Source: Nitrospirota bacterium (GTDB lineage Bacteria > Nitrospirota > Thermodesulfovibrionia > Thermodesulfovibrionales > Dissulfurispiraceae). From it: DNA of 32,000 bases. How positions within the stretch are numbered: the first letter of the stretch is position 1; the number at the start of each line of letters is the position of its first letter. Shown piece after piece: positions 30,264-32,000 of the stretch. Made by a program: the position numbers and the translations under genes. The stretch covers positions 76,721 to 108,720 of the forward strand of contig JBFMHE010000006.1 in NCBI GenBank assembly GCA_040752355.1, written 5' to 3'. The notes under the pieces were generated by a model. That model was not told the DNA's origin. It worked only from the letters and a program-made list of their open reading frames with translations, and ran no database searches.

Positions 30264-32000
30264 GGGCGCCTATCTCGTCGGCAGGGACAGGCCTGCTGAA
30301 GAGGTATCCCTGTACCGCGTCGCAGCGGCTCGCCTTCAGGAACGAGAGCTGGTCATCCGTCTCGACCCCTTCGGCAACGACCTGCAGCTTCATCGTGTGC
30401 GCCATCGCGATGACCGCCGTAACAATCGCCTGATCATCGGGGTCGTCGCTCAGGCCGCTGATGAACGATTTGTCTATCTTGATCCTCCGGATGGGCAGCC
30501 GCTTCAGGTAGCTCAGCGACGAATAGCCGGTGCCGAAATCATCGATCGAGAGCCCGATGCCCCTGCTGCTCAGGTTGGCCAGGTGGGGGATGGTGATATC
30601 GATATGCTGCATCGCGATACTTTCCGTCACCTCGATCTCGAGGCACTCGGGACGCAGCCCCGTCTCCTCCAGGGTCCGCGAAACCACCTCGACGAGATCG
30701 GCCTGCTGGAACTGCCGGGCGGAGAGGTTCACCGTCACGCAGAGCTCCCGGTATCCTGCATCCTGCCACTGTTTATTCTGCGCACAGGCGGTGCGCAGCA
30801 CCCATTCATCGATCGAAACGACGAGCCCCGTCTCTTCGGCAAGGGGAAGGAACTGGAACGGCTGGAGCATCCCGAGCTCGGGATGCCGCCACCGGACGAG
30901 CGCCTCGACGCAGGTAATGCCGGGGCGTTTCAGATCGATCTGGGGCTGGTAGTGGAGCTCCAGCTGTCCCTTCTTGAGGGTCTGCCGCAGGCTCTGCTCG
31001 AGGATCATCAGCTCGAGGGTCCGCAGGTTCATGGCAGGACTGTAGAACCGGTAGTTGTTCCTCCCCTGCTCCTTCACATGGTACATCGCGACATCGGCGT
31101 TCTTCAGCAGCATCTCGGGATACTCGCTGTCATCCGGGTACATGCTTATGCCGATGCTGGCGGTAATATGAAACTCGTGCCCGTCGAAGTGGTAGGACTG
31201 ATCGAGGATCATCCGGAGCTCCTGCGCAATCCTGGCCGCGCTGTCGGTATCCGCGATATCGGGCAGCACGATGGCGAACTCATCGCCGCCGATGCGGGCG
31301 ATCGTATCGGACGCCCGCAGGCAGTTCCTCAGCCGTGAAGCGACCTCCCTGAGGAGCCGGTCGCCGGCAGCATGGCCGAGAGAATCATTGATATTTTTAA
31401 AACGGTCGAGGTCGAGGAAGAGGACCGCAAGCTTGGCGCGATGGCGGCGCGCCTGGGCGATCTCGAGGGAAAGGCGGTCCATGAAGAGCGTTCTGTTCGC
31501 TACGCCGGTCAGGAGATCGTGATAGGCCTGGTACCTGATCGTCTCTTCGGCCTGCTTCCGTTCGGTGATATCGGTGATCATGCCGAGGGCCCCTGCATAC
31601 GCTCCCTCCTTGTCGAAGAGGGAATTCGTCGAGACGATGGCCCAGAGCGCCGAGCCGTCCTTTCGCCGGAACCGGAAATCGTGCTGCTCGGCAATGCCGT
31701 CCCTGCGGCGCGCGAGGTTCAGTTCCGCTTCCTGCCGGACCTCCTCATCCATGAAGTCGAAGAGCGGCCGCCCCAGCATCTCCTCTGCGGCATAGCCGAG
31801 CATTTCGGTCATATGCCGGTTGACATAGGTTGTGAGGCCCTGCGCATCGACGATCCAGACTCCTTCGTTCGCTGTATCGATGAGCTGGCGGTAGCGGGCC
31901 TCGCTCTCCCTGAGCGCCTCCTCGACCCTGCTCCGTTCGGCTATTTCGGTCTGGAGGCGCTTGTTGGCGAGCTTAAGGTCCGCGGTGCGCTCCTGCACCA
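30244..32000 (-). CDS. PAS-GGDEF-EAL signalling protein (partial, N-terminus outside window)
   Basis: A coiled-coil/PAS region ([21 protein letters not shown]), an intact GGDEF ([11 protein letters not shown]), and an EAL domain ([21 protein letters not shown]). The frame is open to the window edge. The track start is a GTG at the edge, not a real start. Confidence 0.85.
   Translation of the reverse strand, partial: VQERTADLKLANKRLQTEIAERSRVEEALRESEARYRQLIDTANEGVWIVDAQGLTTYVNRHMTEMLGYAAEEMLGRPLFDFMDEEVRQEAELNLARRRDGIAEQHDFRFRRKDGSALWAIVSTNSLFDKEGAYAGALGMITDITERKQAEETIRYQAYHDLLTGVANRTLFMDRLSLEIAQARRHRAKLAVLFLDLDRFKNINDSLGHAAGDRLLREVASRLRNCLRASDTIARIGGDEFAIVLPDIADTDSAARIAQELRMILDQSYHFDGHEFHITASIGISMYPDDSEYPEMLLKNADVAMYHVKEQGRNNYRFYSPAMNLRTLELMILEQSLRQTLKKGQLELHYQPQIDLKRPGITCVEALVRWRHPELGMLQPFQFLPLAEETGLVVSIDEWVLRTACAQNKQWQDAGYRELCVTVNLSARQFQQADLVEVVSRTLEETGLRPECLEIEVTESIAMQHIDITIPHLANLSSRGIGLSIDDFGTGYSSLSYLKRLPIRRIKIDKSFISGLSDDPDDQAIVTAVIAMAHTMKLQVVAEGVETDDQLSFLKASRCDAVQGYLFSRPVPADEIGALIALHR

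Overview
High-GC, gene-dense bacterial chromosomal window; GC was judged by eye and the taxon cannot be assigned. The gene content suggests an anaerobe or microaerophile: selenoprotein use, a flavodiiron protein, rubrerythrin and a multiheme cytochrome. There are five blocks. (1) 1-15.4 kb is a hopanoid biosynthesis and transport locus: hpnM | hpnN, hpnJ, extra radical SAM, hpnK, small EamA-like protein, shc, hpnA, DUF116-like, hpnH, DUF422/CruF-like | hpnG | hpnI. This is the full gene set for bacteriohopanetetrol cyclitol ether, plus four co-packed genes with no assigned hopanoid role. A ~267-nt foldback element lies in the hpnG/hpnI divergent spacer. (2) 15.4-19.4 kb is a lower-GC, partly degenerate zone. 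It holds a C12 tract, nested palindromes, a 104-aa orphan, an S41-peptidase relic, tRNA-Leu(TAG), a frameshifted IS481-like transposase remnant, a small acidic ORF, a Lys/Ala/Pro-rich Rho_N/DUF4912 protein and tRNA-Ser(TGA). (3) 19.4-23.1 kb carries envelope genes: DUF502, a PPC/DUF296 protein, and two GT9 heptosyltransferases, one fused to a GmhB-type phosphatase. (4) 23.2-30.3 kb is a same-strand, tightly packed array headed by a Fur/PerR-family regulator with Fur/PerR-type boxes. Its genes are a peroxiredoxin whose peroxidatic residue is an in-frame UGA (selenocysteine) followed by a SECIS-like hairpin, a Cys-rich orphan, a flavodiiron protein, rubrerythrin, a secreted octaheme HAO-like cytochrome, an iron-sulfur flavoprotein, a Cys-less CMD/AhpD-like protein and a radical SAM/SPASM enzyme. 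(5) 30.2-32.0 kb is a partial PAS-GGDEF-EAL gene. The best candidates for undescribed biology are the octaheme/Isf/CMD/rSAM-SPASM tail module, the non-canonical radical SAM and membrane proteins inside the hopanoid locus, and the foldback element. All family assignments come from reading motifs in the translations; no database search was run.
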